Source: Hallerella sp. (lineage in GTDB: Bacteria > Bacillota_I > Bacilli_A > RFN20 > CAG-826). From it: a DNA stretch of 64,000 bases. The DNA is taken from the NCBI GenBank assembly GCA_963648925.1, contig CAVJFO010000009.1:25696-89695 (forward strand), given 5' to 3'. Positions 29,274 to 38,160 of this stretch are shown piece after piece; position 1 is the stretch's first letter; each line of letters starts with the position of its first letter. The position numbers and the translations under genes are program-made. Below the pieces are notes generated by a model. That model was not told where the DNA came from. It saw only the letters and a program-made list of their open reading frames with translations, and ran no database searches.

Positions 29274-30094
29274 TTATAATAGGAATTAAGAATAGCATTT
29301 AGGTCAGTTTCATTATCGAGACTGACTTTTTTATCACCTAAAATAAGAGAATAAGATGAAAAATAATCATTCACTTCATTAATAGAAGATGATGAAACTC
29401 TACTCATGTCTAATATATAGGTAGGTTTAGATGATTTTTTAGCTAACGGATATAACTTGTCTTTATAAAAAGACGTAGATTGATAGATATTTTGATTTAG
29501 AAGATAAACTAAAGCTCCATCATTTTTTTCTAATCCATTTTTTAAAAAAGATATCGAAGAGAATTTATAAACATTAGTGATTGAGGCGCTCTTGAAAAAG
29601 GACGTTCTCAAAAAATAATCATTTCCTCCTCCCCAACAAGCGATTTTGCAACCTTTCTCTTTTGACGCGTAATACCATGTTGGCGTTCTATTTAAAAAGG
29701 TATGTTCTTCATCGTGCTCGATATTATCTTCTCCTAGATATTCAGAATATTCTAAAGCATATCGATTAGCATTAGTTCCATCTGAATAAACGGAAATGTC
29801 TAAGAGATTTTCTTTTACGAAAGAAAGAAATGTCGGTTCGAAATTAACGCAAGAAGAACAAGATGCAGAAGTGCGAATAAAAGTAACACCTTCTGAAAGT
29901 TCCATAGAAGCAATTGCTTCGGTTGCGTCAAGATTATTTGAAACGGATAAGTAAGAAGCGTTTTCAAAATCCGCCGAAAAAAGATCGCCGTTTCTTGAAA
30001 GTTGGAAATCTTTATCGATGTCAAAAGTCTCCGTTTTATTACAAGAAACCAAAGATAGGCTTAATATTGAGAGTAGCAAAAATCTTTTCTTCAT
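29270..30094 (-). CDS. lipoprotein with thioredoxin-fold CxxC motif
   Basis: 274 aa. Lipobox MKKRFLLLSILSLSLVSC. CSSC after a beta-strand (VTFIRTSASCSSCVNFEPTFLSF) and a cis-Pro-type RTPTWYY. Confidence 0.7.
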   Translation of the reverse strand: MKKRFLLLSILSLSLVSCNKTETFDIDKDFQLSRNGDLFSADFENASYLSVSNNLDATEAIASMELSEGVTFIRTSASCSSCVNFEPTFLSFVKENLLDISVYSDGTNANRYALEYSEYLGEDNIEHDEEHTFLNRTPTWYYASKEKGCKIACWGGGNDYFLRTSFFKSASITNVYKFSSISFLKNGLEKNDGALVYLLNQNIYQSTSFYKDKLYPLAKKSSKPTYILDMSRVSSSSINEVNDYFSSYSLILGDKKVSLDNETDLNAILNSYYN

Positions 30095-30101
30095 ACTTTA
30101 T

Positions 30102-30110
30102 ATCTTACCA
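30102..30110 (-). promoter_or_regulatory. extended -10 box (TGgTAAGAT) 7 nt upstream of ATG 30094; candidate leaderless promoter
   Basis: The reverse complement of 30102-30110 is TGGTAAGAT. No SD. Confidence 0.4.
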
Positions 30111-30140
30111 TTTTACTTTATAATGATGAAAGGTGAAAAA

Positions 30141-31886
30141 ATGAGAAAACCTTCCTTACGCAAACAATCGATCTCTACATATATATTCTTTGCGATTTGG
30201 ATATTCCTTACGTCGTTGATTCTCATTGAAAGCGCAATACCAGGACAAGCATCAGCCACTCAATCAAATTTTGTTGGGAAAATCTTCCAAGCCCTTTTTC
30301 CTGAAGATAAATTCTCAAAAGAAACGGCTCCAGTATCATACGAGGTTAAAACTGATGACATAACATTCGGAACCGAAGATAAAAAAGAGCTTGTTATCGG
30401 CACAACAACTACATACGATTTCTTTTTTACCTTTAAAGAGTTAGAAGACAATGAATATAAAAAATACATTTATAAGATTAATAAAGATGATTCAAATGAT
30501 GCCTTTCAAGTTAATGAAGAATTAATCAATCTTGGTTCTGATCATTATCAAATGAACATTACTACATTTAAATTGGGAAATGATTTTTCTCTAAGTGTAG
30601 ATATAGCAGAAAATTTAATTTTTACATTGAATTTTGATATATGTCCGCGCTATTTTCCTTCAAATGATATTTTAAAAAACAATTCACCAACTACGATTAA
30701 TCTTGAAATCAATGAGGCTTACATGCCTGAAATTTCTTTTCTTAAGGATGGAAAAGAAGATAATCTGCTCTCCCCTAAATATTATGATTTAAATAAATTA
30801 GAAAGACATTCAGATGATACAAATATTGCCGTCATTGATGAAGATGGCCTTATTTATGCAAAGAGTAGTGGAAATACTACGATAACATATGGTCCCTTTA
30901 CTTATGAAATAAACATCTCTAAATCGAGTAAATCCCTCCCCTCATCATCTATCTCATATTCACAAAAGGGGGATTTCCTTGCGGTCGGTGATGTTGATTA
31001 TCTCACTGGTGGTCAATCTTTTTCATTTACTTTTAACGATGATAAGACTGATGACGCTTTCGATTTTTCGCTATATTCTGATGATAAAAATATTGATGCT
31101 GGAGCCCTTCTTTTTAGAACGGGAAAAAACTCATGCTTAATAAAAGGCTCTCTTCAAGAAAAAGAAGTATCTTTGCTAGTAAAATCTTCATTAAAAAACG
31201 AAATATCCACTGTAATTCCCCTCTCTTTTGGGGAAGTAAGCCCCGATTTTCTTAATGGAATAACGGTTGATGGGGCACCTTCATACGTGGATTCGGAGGG
31301 GGTTTTAAATGTTACTGTGCCTGCCGAAAGAGACCTTACCATTAGAGGTTTGTTTTTAGCCAACAATAGAAGTGTCAGCCTTTCAAAAGAGCAAATCAAT
31401 ATTTCCTTAAATAGTCCAAACGTAAAAATACTCAGCAACAATTCCCTAGATTGTTCTGTCAATTTTGGCACGATTGATACTTTCGAGGGGAAAATAACAT
31501 CATTAGAAAACGAAGATATATTTCTTACTGTTAAATTTACGACGTATGATGCTAAGACAAATACGATGAAAGAATTCTTAAATCTTGTTCGTAAATCGAT
31601 TGGGCACTTTTCGCTTTTTATGGTTCAAGCTATATTTATGTTCTTGTTTTTGCGTGCCGATATCGATGATAAATATGCTTTAGTTACAGCTGGTTCAACG
31701 TTATTCTACAGTTTTGTTATTGGTGGTTTTTCCGAACTTATTCAACTCTATACCCCCGGTAGAGGCTGCACATGGACGGATGTTGGGATTGACACTTTAG
31801 GAGGAACTGTAGGGGCATTGCTTTGTCTACTTTGCGTTGGAATTATTGCTCTAATAAAGCATCTAAAAAAGAAGAAATCAACGTAA
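30141..31886 (+). CDS. membrane protein with VanZ-like C-terminal domain and a large extracytoplasmic region containing an Ig-like (Big_2-type) segment
   Basis: Start placed at ATG 30141 (AAAGGTGA SD); the track start 30018 would overlap the divergent lipoprotein gene. N-terminal TM helix. IAVIDEDGLIYAKSSGNTTITY is Big_2-like. The C-terminal TM bundle VRKSIGHFSLFMVQAIFMFLFL...ELIQLYTPGRGCTWTDVGIDTLGG is VanZ-like. Confidence 0.6.
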   Translation: MRKPSLRKQSISTYIFFAIWIFLTSLILIESAIPGQASATQSNFVGKIFQALFPEDKFSKETAPVSYEVKTDDITFGTEDKKELVIGTTTTYDFFFTFKELEDNEYKKYIYKINKDDSNDAFQVNEELINLGSDHYQMNITTFKLGNDFSLSVDIAENLIFTLNFDICPRYFPSNDILKNNSPTTINLEINEAYMPEISFLKDGKEDNLLSPKYYDLNKLERHSDDTNIAVIDEDGLIYAKSSGNTTITYGPFTYEINISKSSKSLPSSSISYSQKGDFLAVGDVDYLTGGQSFSFTFNDDKTDDAFDFSLYSDDKNIDAGALLFRTGKNSCLIKGSLQEKEVSLLVKSSLKNEISTVIPLSFGEVSPDFLNGITVDGAPSYVDSEGVLNVTVPAERDLTIRGLFLANNRSVSLSKEQINISLNSPNVKILSNNSLDCSVNFGTIDTFEGKITSLENEDIFLTVKFTTYDAKTNTMKEFLNLVRKSIGHFSLFMVQAIFMFLFLRADIDDKYALVTAGSTLFYSFVIGGFSELIQLYTPGRGCTWTDVGIDTLGGTVGALLCLLCVGIIALIKHLKKKKST

Positions 31887-33302
31887 TTTAATGCGTTCGG
31901 CTTTTTCTAGCAACTTTGACGTTTCTAGAGAAACGTTTTTAAGATGAATTGTTTTATATTCTTTGAGAATCGCCTCACCCAATACATGGCCTTTTTTAAC
32001 ATTTTTTCTCTTCGTGTAAGAAACATCGCCATCTTTTTGCGATGAATTAATCAAGCAAATCTCTGCCGCAACTCTAATTTCATCATTGTTTGGATCATCT
32101 TTTTTTATGATTACATGCGATCCGGATCGATTTTCAATATGAAACCACAGATGTTCTTTTGAAGTGTCGTACATAAAAGTCAAAAAAGTATTCTGCTTCG
32201 CGCTTTTTCCAAATAGAATCTTTGTTCCGCTATAATTTATAAAATAAGGGAGGGTGTCGCTTGAAAGACCGCATGACGTTTTCTCGTCTTTTTTCTTGCT
32301 CTTTCCATCCGGAATTTTTAATAAATTAGCATATGTCTCAAGCGAATTTTCATTTGCGATTTCAATTTGGGCCAATGTATCGTTGATGTTTTCCAATTCG
32401 TTTTTTGTTTGTTGAAGGAATATTTCAACGCTTTTTAAAGTCTCTTTAGCTTTCTTAGATCTCTTATAATATTGTTCGGCATTTTGAGCTAGAGATCTTG
32501 ATGGATCAAGGTTAACCCTTATTCCCTCATAATCAAAATATCCTTGTTTATTATTTATTTCGGAGTAGCAAACGTAAATTGCATCCCCTTTGAGATTGTC
32601 ATCGAGATGTTTTTCTGCTTCAATTTTATCTTTTTCTAGATGGGTGATTTTACGTTCAAGAAGTTTTTTTCTATTCTTGAAATGAGTTATTGCATATCCA
32701 AATTTTTCTTCTTTGCGCTTTTTGTATATATTTTTCTCTTCTTCTAAGCAAGTTGTCTCAAAATCATCTATAGAAAAAGATGATTCTTCCTTCGATTCAT
32801 AATTATTTTCCAAAGGCAAATACCCCAATCCTTTTAGAATTGGGCGTTTATTTTCCAGCGATGAAGTCTTGTATGCAGATAGAATTATGTCTTTTTCGTC
32901 ACATAAGATCAAATTCGGGTGATGAGGAAGCAGTTCTAAATAGATGTTTTTCTCTTCTTCCTTGAAAATTGAATTTAAAGAAATAACGCTGATTTTTAAT
33001 ACACGGTCCCCATTAATTTGAGAAATATCTTTAATATACGCATTAGAAATTTCTTTTTTTAGGATAGCTAGAAAGTTGTTATCAAACGAGCTTCCGTCAA
33101 AAGGGGCATCGGTGAGATAAATCCTAGGGAAATCCCCGCTAAGCGAAATTACTAGGGTTGATTTGCCTTTTCCAGATACATGAAAAAGAAATGTATCTTT
33201 CGCGTACATTATTGGAGAGGAAAGATGTCTTCCTTTTAATGAAGTTGATAATATCGCAACGTATTTTTCTATGTCTTTTGATGATAACGTCTTGTTTTTC
33301 AT
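31878..33302 (-). CDS. rqcH: ribosome quality-control factor RqcH (NFACT family; FbpA-like), short form
   Basis: NFACT-N region with the DR motif (INGDRVLKI), a central coiled coil, and NFACT-R/DUF814 (LWFHIENRSGSHVIIK). Start placed at ATG 33302 rather than TTG 33311. Confidence 0.8.
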   Translation of the reverse strand: MKNKTLSSKDIEKYVAILSTSLKGRHLSSPIMYAKDTFLFHVSGKGKSTLVISLSGDFPRIYLTDAPFDGSSFDNNFLAILKKEISNAYIKDISQINGDRVLKISVISLNSIFKEEEKNIYLELLPHHPNLILCDEKDIILSAYKTSSLENKRPILKGLGYLPLENNYESKEESSFSIDDFETTCLEEEKNIYKKRKEEKFGYAITHFKNRKKLLERKITHLEKDKIEAEKHLDDNLKGDAIYVCYSEINNKQGYFDYEGIRVNLDPSRSLAQNAEQYYKRSKKAKETLKSVEIFLQQTKNELENINDTLAQIEIANENSLETYANLLKIPDGKSKKKDEKTSCGLSSDTLPYFINYSGTKILFGKSAKQNTFLTFMYDTSKEHLWFHIENRSGSHVIIKKDDPNNDEIRVAAEICLINSSQKDGDVSYTKRKNVKKGHVLGEAILKEYKTIHLKNVSLETSKLLEKAERIKLR

Positions 33303-33310
33303 ACCCCGCA

Positions 33311-33316
33311 ATTATA
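33311..33316 (-). promoter_or_regulatory. -10 box TATAAT, 8 nt upstream of ATG 33302 (rqcH); candidate leaderless promoter
   Basis: The reverse complement of 33311-33316 is TATAAT. Confidence 0.45.
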
Positions 33317-33355
33317 ACGAAAAAATAATGCGATATTGTCGATAAGCACAAAAAA

Positions 33356-33364
33356 TGTTAAATT
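33356..33364 (+). promoter_or_regulatory. extended -10 box TGtTAAATT, 7 nt upstream of ATG 33372 (gmk); candidate leaderless promoter
   Basis: No SD is present before ATG 33372. Confidence 0.4.
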
Positions 33365-33371
33365 AAGTGTC

Positions 33372-33947
33372 ATGAAAAAAGGCTTATTGATAATTATTTC
33401 TGGTCCATCAGGGGTCGGAAAAGGCACGATCCGCAAAAAAATAACTGAAAAAGACAATCTAAATTTATGGTTTTCGGTTTCGATGACCACAAGAAATATG
33501 CGTCCAGGGGAAGAAGACGGTCGCGAATATTTTTTCGTTAGTAAAGAAAACTTTTTGAAAACACTCTCCGAAGGCGGCCTTTTAGAATCCAATCAATATG
33601 TCGGAAATTATTACGGTACGCCAAAAGAGAAAGTTGAAGAGATGCGTGAAAAGGGCTTTAATGTCTTACTTGAAATTGACGTTAATGGCGCCGAACAAGT
33701 AATGAAGGCTGTCGGAAAAGAAAACGTTTGCTCGATTTTCATTCTCCCTCCATCAATTGATGAATTAGAAAAACGTATTCGTGGAAGATCAACGGAAAAT
33801 GAAGAAACTATTGCCAGCAGACTTTCCCAAGCCTCTAGAGAAATGGCGATGATTAAAGACTATCGCTATTCTGTTACCAACGATAATCTTGATAAATGTG
33901 CAAATGAAATCGCAAATATCATCAAGAAAGAATCGGAAAGAGAATAA
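33372..33947 (+). CDS. gmk: guanylate kinase
   Basis: MKKGLLIIISGPSGVGKGT and TTRNMRPGEEDGREYFFVS. Start at ATG 33372 instead of the track's TTG 33336. Confidence 0.93.
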   Translation: MKKGLLIIISGPSGVGKGTIRKKITEKDNLNLWFSVSMTTRNMRPGEEDGREYFFVSKENFLKTLSEGGLLESNQYVGNYYGTPKEKVEEMREKGFNVLLEIDVNGAEQVMKAVGKENVCSIFILPPSIDELEKRIRGRSTENEETIASRLSQASREMAMIKDYRYSVTNDNLDKCANEIANIIKKESERE

Positions 33948-33965
33948 AAACGCTATAATATTTTT

Positions 33966-36167
33966 GTGAGAATACTAGAAGTTTTAACTGAATACGGAAC
34001 TAGGTCATTGGATCGAACTTTTTCCTATATTTATAAAGGCGAGAGAAATATCGGTCCCCGTTTTCGCATAAAGATAGATTTTCACGGACATCAAGCCATG
34101 GGTTTCGTGCTTTCTTCTGAATTTTGTGAAAAAAGTGAAGAAGAGCTTGAAAAAGAAAACGGATATAAATTAAAAGAGATTAAAGACGAAGATATCGTAG
34201 ACGAAGAACCACTTATAGATGAAGAAATGCTTTCACTTGCTAAAGATGTGGCGGATTACTATTTTGCTCCATTGATTTCAGTGATACAAACAATGCTTCC
34301 GTTAAGCCTTTCCCCAAAGATGTCCTCCACTAAAGGCCCTAAGATTGCATATGAAAAATATCTTTCAATCGTAAACGATGACGAAAACGGATTGACAGAT
34401 AAGCAAATTGAAATCCTTCGTTTAATAAAAAACAACTCGCCAATCCTTAAAAAAGAAGCAGGATCTCCATCAATCGTTACTAAACTTCTTGAAAAAAAGA
34501 AAATAAAGATAGTATCAATAGAAAAAGAACGATATAAAATCCCCATTTCTGAAAGAGAAGAAATTCATGAAATGAGTCATGAGCAAAAACGAGCTTATGA
34601 AGAAATTCTTTCATCAGATAAAAACGTAATATTGCTACAGGGGGTCACCGGATCTGGCAAAACAGAGGTGTATTTACGTCTTTCCGAAAAGATATTCTTG
34701 GAAGGAAAAACGGTTTTAATGCTCGTTCCGGAAATTAATCTCACCCCAAGAATGGTTGAATATTTCTCAAGACGTTTTGGTGAGAAAATCGCCATTTTAC
34801 ATTCCGAATTAACTCCTGCTGAAAGATATGATGAATATCGAAGGATAGCGAATGGAAAAGCCTCGATAGTCGTTGGGGCTAGAAGCGCAGTTTTCGCACC
34901 ATTGAAAAATATCGGTTTAATCATTCTCGATGAAGAGCATGTTGAATCTTACAAACAAGATAACATGCCATTTTATCACGCAAGAGAAGTGGCCATAATG
35001 CGCGGAAAAAAGGAAAAATGCAAAGTTCTTTTAGGCTCTGCTACACCATCGCTTGAAACTAAGGCTAGGGCGTATAAGGGCGTTTACGGTTACGTTGAAA
35101 TGAAAACCAGAGTAAATCAAAAGCCACTCCCTCAAACGGAAATAATTGATTTAACTAAAAGATCCAATTTCGCAAAAAACAGCGAAAAAATCTCCATCCC
35201 TTTGCAAAAGAAAATCCAAGAAAAACTCAATAAAGGTGAACAAGTTCTTTTGCTAATCAATAGGAGAGGCTACTGGACGGGCGTTAATTGTCCTAAATGC
35301 GGATATATATTTGTTTGCCCAAATTGTGGGGGCAATTTAACATTTCATCAAGAAGACAATATGCTTAAGTGCCATCATTGCGGGTATGTTTCTCGTTATC
35401 CTGAAAAATGCCCTGAATGTGGACATTCCTCTCTTCGAAGAATTGGCTACGGGACTGAGAGGGTGGTTCGCGAACTAGAAGAAATTTACCCTCAAGCAAA
35501 AATTGCTAGAATGGATTCCGATGTAGCGAAAGTTTCAAGAAAAGTTGAAAATGTTTTGAAAGATTTTCATGATGGAAAATACGATATTTTAGTCGGCACT
35601 CAAATGATTGCGAAAGGACATGATTTCCCTCTTGTCACGTTAAGTTCGGTGGTTTTAGCTGATATAGGTCTCGCCCTTCCCACCTACCGTGCTTCCGAAA
35701 GAACCTTCCAATTGATCGCCCAAGCCGTTGGAAGAAGCGGACGTTCAAGCAAAAACGGCGATGCCTTAATCCAAACATTCAATCCTAATCACTACGCAAT
35801 AACCCTTGGCGCAAAGCAAGATTATGAAAATTTTTTCATAACCGAAATGAAACAAAGGAAAATCACAAAATACCCTCCTTATTACAATTTGATAACTCTT
35901 GAATTTGCCGCGATTTCCGAAGAAAAAACAATGGGCGCAGCTTATGATTTCAAGAAAACCCTCGCTTCCTTCAATCTAGATAAGTTAGAAATCATTGGCC
36001 CGATAACGCCATTTTATTCGATGAATAATGGCAAATATAGAAGAGTCTTGTTACTTAAATTTAAAGAACGACAAGCTGTAACAGAAAAACTCAAAGAATT
36101 AATGAAAACCTTTAACGGAATTTCCGGAATTGAAATAAAAATAAATGTCGATCCTTTAGATTACTGA
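33966..36167 (+). CDS. priA: primosomal protein N' (replication restart helicase PriA)
   Basis: 733 aa. GVTGSGKTEVY, DEEH and a four-CxxC zinc-binding insert (CPKCG, CPNCG, CHHCG, CPECG). GTG start, with TATAAT (33954-33959) 6 nt upstream. Confidence 0.93.
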   Translation: MRILEVLTEYGTRSLDRTFSYIYKGERNIGPRFRIKIDFHGHQAMGFVLSSEFCEKSEEELEKENGYKLKEIKDEDIVDEEPLIDEEMLSLAKDVADYYFAPLISVIQTMLPLSLSPKMSSTKGPKIAYEKYLSIVNDDENGLTDKQIEILRLIKNNSPILKKEAGSPSIVTKLLEKKKIKIVSIEKERYKIPISEREEIHEMSHEQKRAYEEILSSDKNVILLQGVTGSGKTEVYLRLSEKIFLEGKTVLMLVPEINLTPRMVEYFSRRFGEKIAILHSELTPAERYDEYRRIANGKASIVVGARSAVFAPLKNIGLIILDEEHVESYKQDNMPFYHAREVAIMRGKKEKCKVLLGSATPSLETKARAYKGVYGYVEMKTRVNQKPLPQTEIIDLTKRSNFAKNSEKISIPLQKKIQEKLNKGEQVLLLINRRGYWTGVNCPKCGYIFVCPNCGGNLTFHQEDNMLKCHHCGYVSRYPEKCPECGHSSLRRIGYGTERVVRELEEIYPQAKIARMDSDVAKVSRKVENVLKDFHDGKYDILVGTQMIAKGHDFPLVTLSSVVLADIGLALPTYRASERTFQLIAQAVGRSGRSSKNGDALIQTFNPNHYAITLGAKQDYENFFITEMKQRKITKYPPYYNLITLEFAAISEEKTMGAAYDFKKTLASFNLDKLEIIGPITPFYSMNNGKYRRVLLLKFKERQAVTEKLKELMKTFNGISGIEIKINVDPLDY

Positions 36168-36239
36168 TTTTTTCTTCTTTAAATATATTCTTCCTTTAGG
36201 AAGATGTGCTATACTTTTTTAGAAGGAAAATACACAAGA

Positions 36240-36812
36240 ATGATTACAATACAAATTCTCGGTTTAGACCAATATGTTGTTGGGCATTACTCAAAAGAGG
36301 CAACCCCAAATATCGCTAATTTATTAGAAACAAGCGAGGAAGAAGTTAACTTCTATTCACCTTACGAATCTCTTTTATTCCACAACGGAGTAGAACAAAC
36401 CTCCTGGAATACATTAGTTTATGTAAAACTTCCTAAGAAATATGAGGTTTTTGAACACGCTTTAGCGGATTATTTAATCGAAACTTTAAAAGATTTCACG
36501 ATTAACGTTGAAATCAATTTCGAATACATCCTCGAAGGCAAAACGTATGAATACATCAATCATGATTACCCACGTTTTTTAACGGGGGATAATCTCCATG
36601 AAGAAGAGACATCCGATAATGATGGAAACGACCATGAATGCTCATGCGGACATCATCATGATGATTGTGATTGCGATGATTGCGATTGCGATCCACGCGA
36701 TAGAGCTGATTTAGACTACAATGACCCAGAACAAATCTATCTTGGAGATGCTTTTGAAGGTCATGAAGAAGATTTAGAAAAACTTGATGAAGCGTTAAAA
36801 CTTAACAAATAG
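36240..36812 (+). CDS. DUF1904-like (tautomerase-fold-like) protein with acidic Cys/His/Asp-rich C-terminal tail
   Basis: Start at ATG 36240 (MITIQILGLDQY...), with a GAAGGA SD and an upstream TGcTATACT box at 36206-36214. The tail reads HECSCGHHHDDCDCDDCDCDPRD. Confidence 0.55.
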   Translation: MITIQILGLDQYVVGHYSKEATPNIANLLETSEEEVNFYSPYESLLFHNGVEQTSWNTLVYVKLPKKYEVFEHALADYLIETLKDFTINVEINFEYILEGKTYEYINHDYPRFLTGDNLHEEETSDNDGNDHECSCGHHHDDCDCDDCDCDPRDRADLDYNDPEQIYLGDAFEGHEEDLEKLDEALKLNK

Positions 36813-36823
36813 AGGAGGAAGAT

Positions 36824-38158
36824 ATGCAAGAATTTGATTTATCCGAAAAAGTTTTAGAGGACATTATTGTTAACGGCACTCAATTTAATGAAGCCTTAAG
36901 AAAAGTTTTCCAAGCCGATGTTAATATTCGTCCAATGCGTACTTTTGTGGCCGGCTTAGTTGGCTGCGAACTTCGCCATCATATCTTGTTCGAATACCTT
37001 TTAAAGGAATATCGCGACTTGCTCTCTGAAGAAAAACGTGCAACATATCTTGCCTTAGCTAATTTATGTTTCTATAAGCACATATCTAAAGAAGAAACTT
37101 TGATGATATTAAGCAAGAAAGTTGAACCAGCACGTTTTGAAGCTATTAAACCATTAATTGAAAAGATGGATGGAGATACGCCTTTCATTCCGGAAAATAT
37201 CTCTAAATCAACGAATCGCTATCTTTCCTTGCGTTTCAATACCCCTGAATGGGTGCTCAAGATTTTTGAACATTATGGCTTTGGCGTTACCTATAAGATT
37301 TTGAAGAAAAATTGCCGTCCATATTCTTCCTATGTTCGCGTTAGAACTTCTGTTAAATCCCCAGAAAACGTCATAAAAGAATATCCTGATTTCAAAAAGA
37401 CAAATATCGAAGGAGTTCTCACTTACGAAGGAAAAACATCCCTCCGTAAAAATCCTCTTGTAAAAGAAGGTGTGATTTTCAAAGAAAAGCCGATAACTAA
37501 AGAACTTATTGATACCTATTCTATAGAAGAGCCAAAGGAACTCTTTGTTTATAATGGAAATGCTGATTCTTCAATCTTAAAAGAAATCATCGAACATTAT
37601 GGTTCATCAATTGGGATCAACATGGGTGTTCCTTCCATTGAGAAATACGCTGATGTAACAAGACTTATTCGTCAAAAAGAATTAAAGAACGTTAATTTCT
37701 TCGCTTCTTCGCTCGATTCCTTACTTGTTTCAATCTCCCGTCCGCAGGATTTAGTCATCGCTGCACCAGATTCCTCTAACTTTGATTTGATTAGAGAACA
37801 ACCGGATTATCTTATGCATTTCAACAAAGAAGGCATGGATGACCTTTTTGCAAAAGAAAAAGAAACACTCAATGAATGCGCTAAATTTGTCGCAGAAGAC
37901 GGATTGCTCATCTATGTTATCTATACGATATCTAAAAAAGAAGGGCATCAAACAATCATCGATTTCTTAGCAAATCACCCTGATTTCCAATTTGTTAAAG
38001 AGGAACAACGTTTCCCATATGAAGATGGGGAGACATCCGTTTATTATGCCGTATTGAAAAGGAATGGCAATTCCTTGACCACAGGTGCTCCAATTGGAAC
38101 CCTCATTAATCAAAAAACTTTAAATTCCGCAAACACAATTTCCGCTGAAACCAAATAA
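36824..38158 (+). CDS. RsmB/Sun-family homologue with degenerate catalytic and AdoMet motifs (probable pseudoenzyme)
   Basis: 444 aa, in the sun position of the priA...rlmN block. N-terminal NusB-like region. The family motifs read VYNGNADSS (canonical DxCAAPGGK), AAPDSSNFDLIREQPD (canonical DAPCSGxGxxRRxPD) and IYVIYTISKKE (canonical VYSTCSxxxEE). Confidence 0.7.
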   Translation: MQEFDLSEKVLEDIIVNGTQFNEALRKVFQADVNIRPMRTFVAGLVGCELRHHILFEYLLKEYRDLLSEEKRATYLALANLCFYKHISKEETLMILSKKVEPARFEAIKPLIEKMDGDTPFIPENISKSTNRYLSLRFNTPEWVLKIFEHYGFGVTYKILKKNCRPYSSYVRVRTSVKSPENVIKEYPDFKKTNIEGVLTYEGKTSLRKNPLVKEGVIFKEKPITKELIDTYSIEEPKELFVYNGNADSSILKEIIEHYGSSIGINMGVPSIEKYADVTRLIRQKELKNVNFFASSLDSLLVSISRPQDLVIAAPDSSNFDLIREQPDYLMHFNKEGMDDLFAKEKETLNECAKFVAEDGLLIYVIYTISKKEGHQTIIDFLANHPDFQFVKEEQRFPYEDGETSVYYAVLKRNGNSLTTGAPIGTLINQKTLNSANTISAETK

Positions 38159-38160
38159 TT

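Noticed and set aside
30018-30140. N-terminal extension of the VanZ-like gene (track start 30018)
   Set aside because: It overlaps the divergent lipoprotein gene start (30094) and its promoter. ATG 30141 has a proper SD and gives a normal basic N-terminus plus TM helix.
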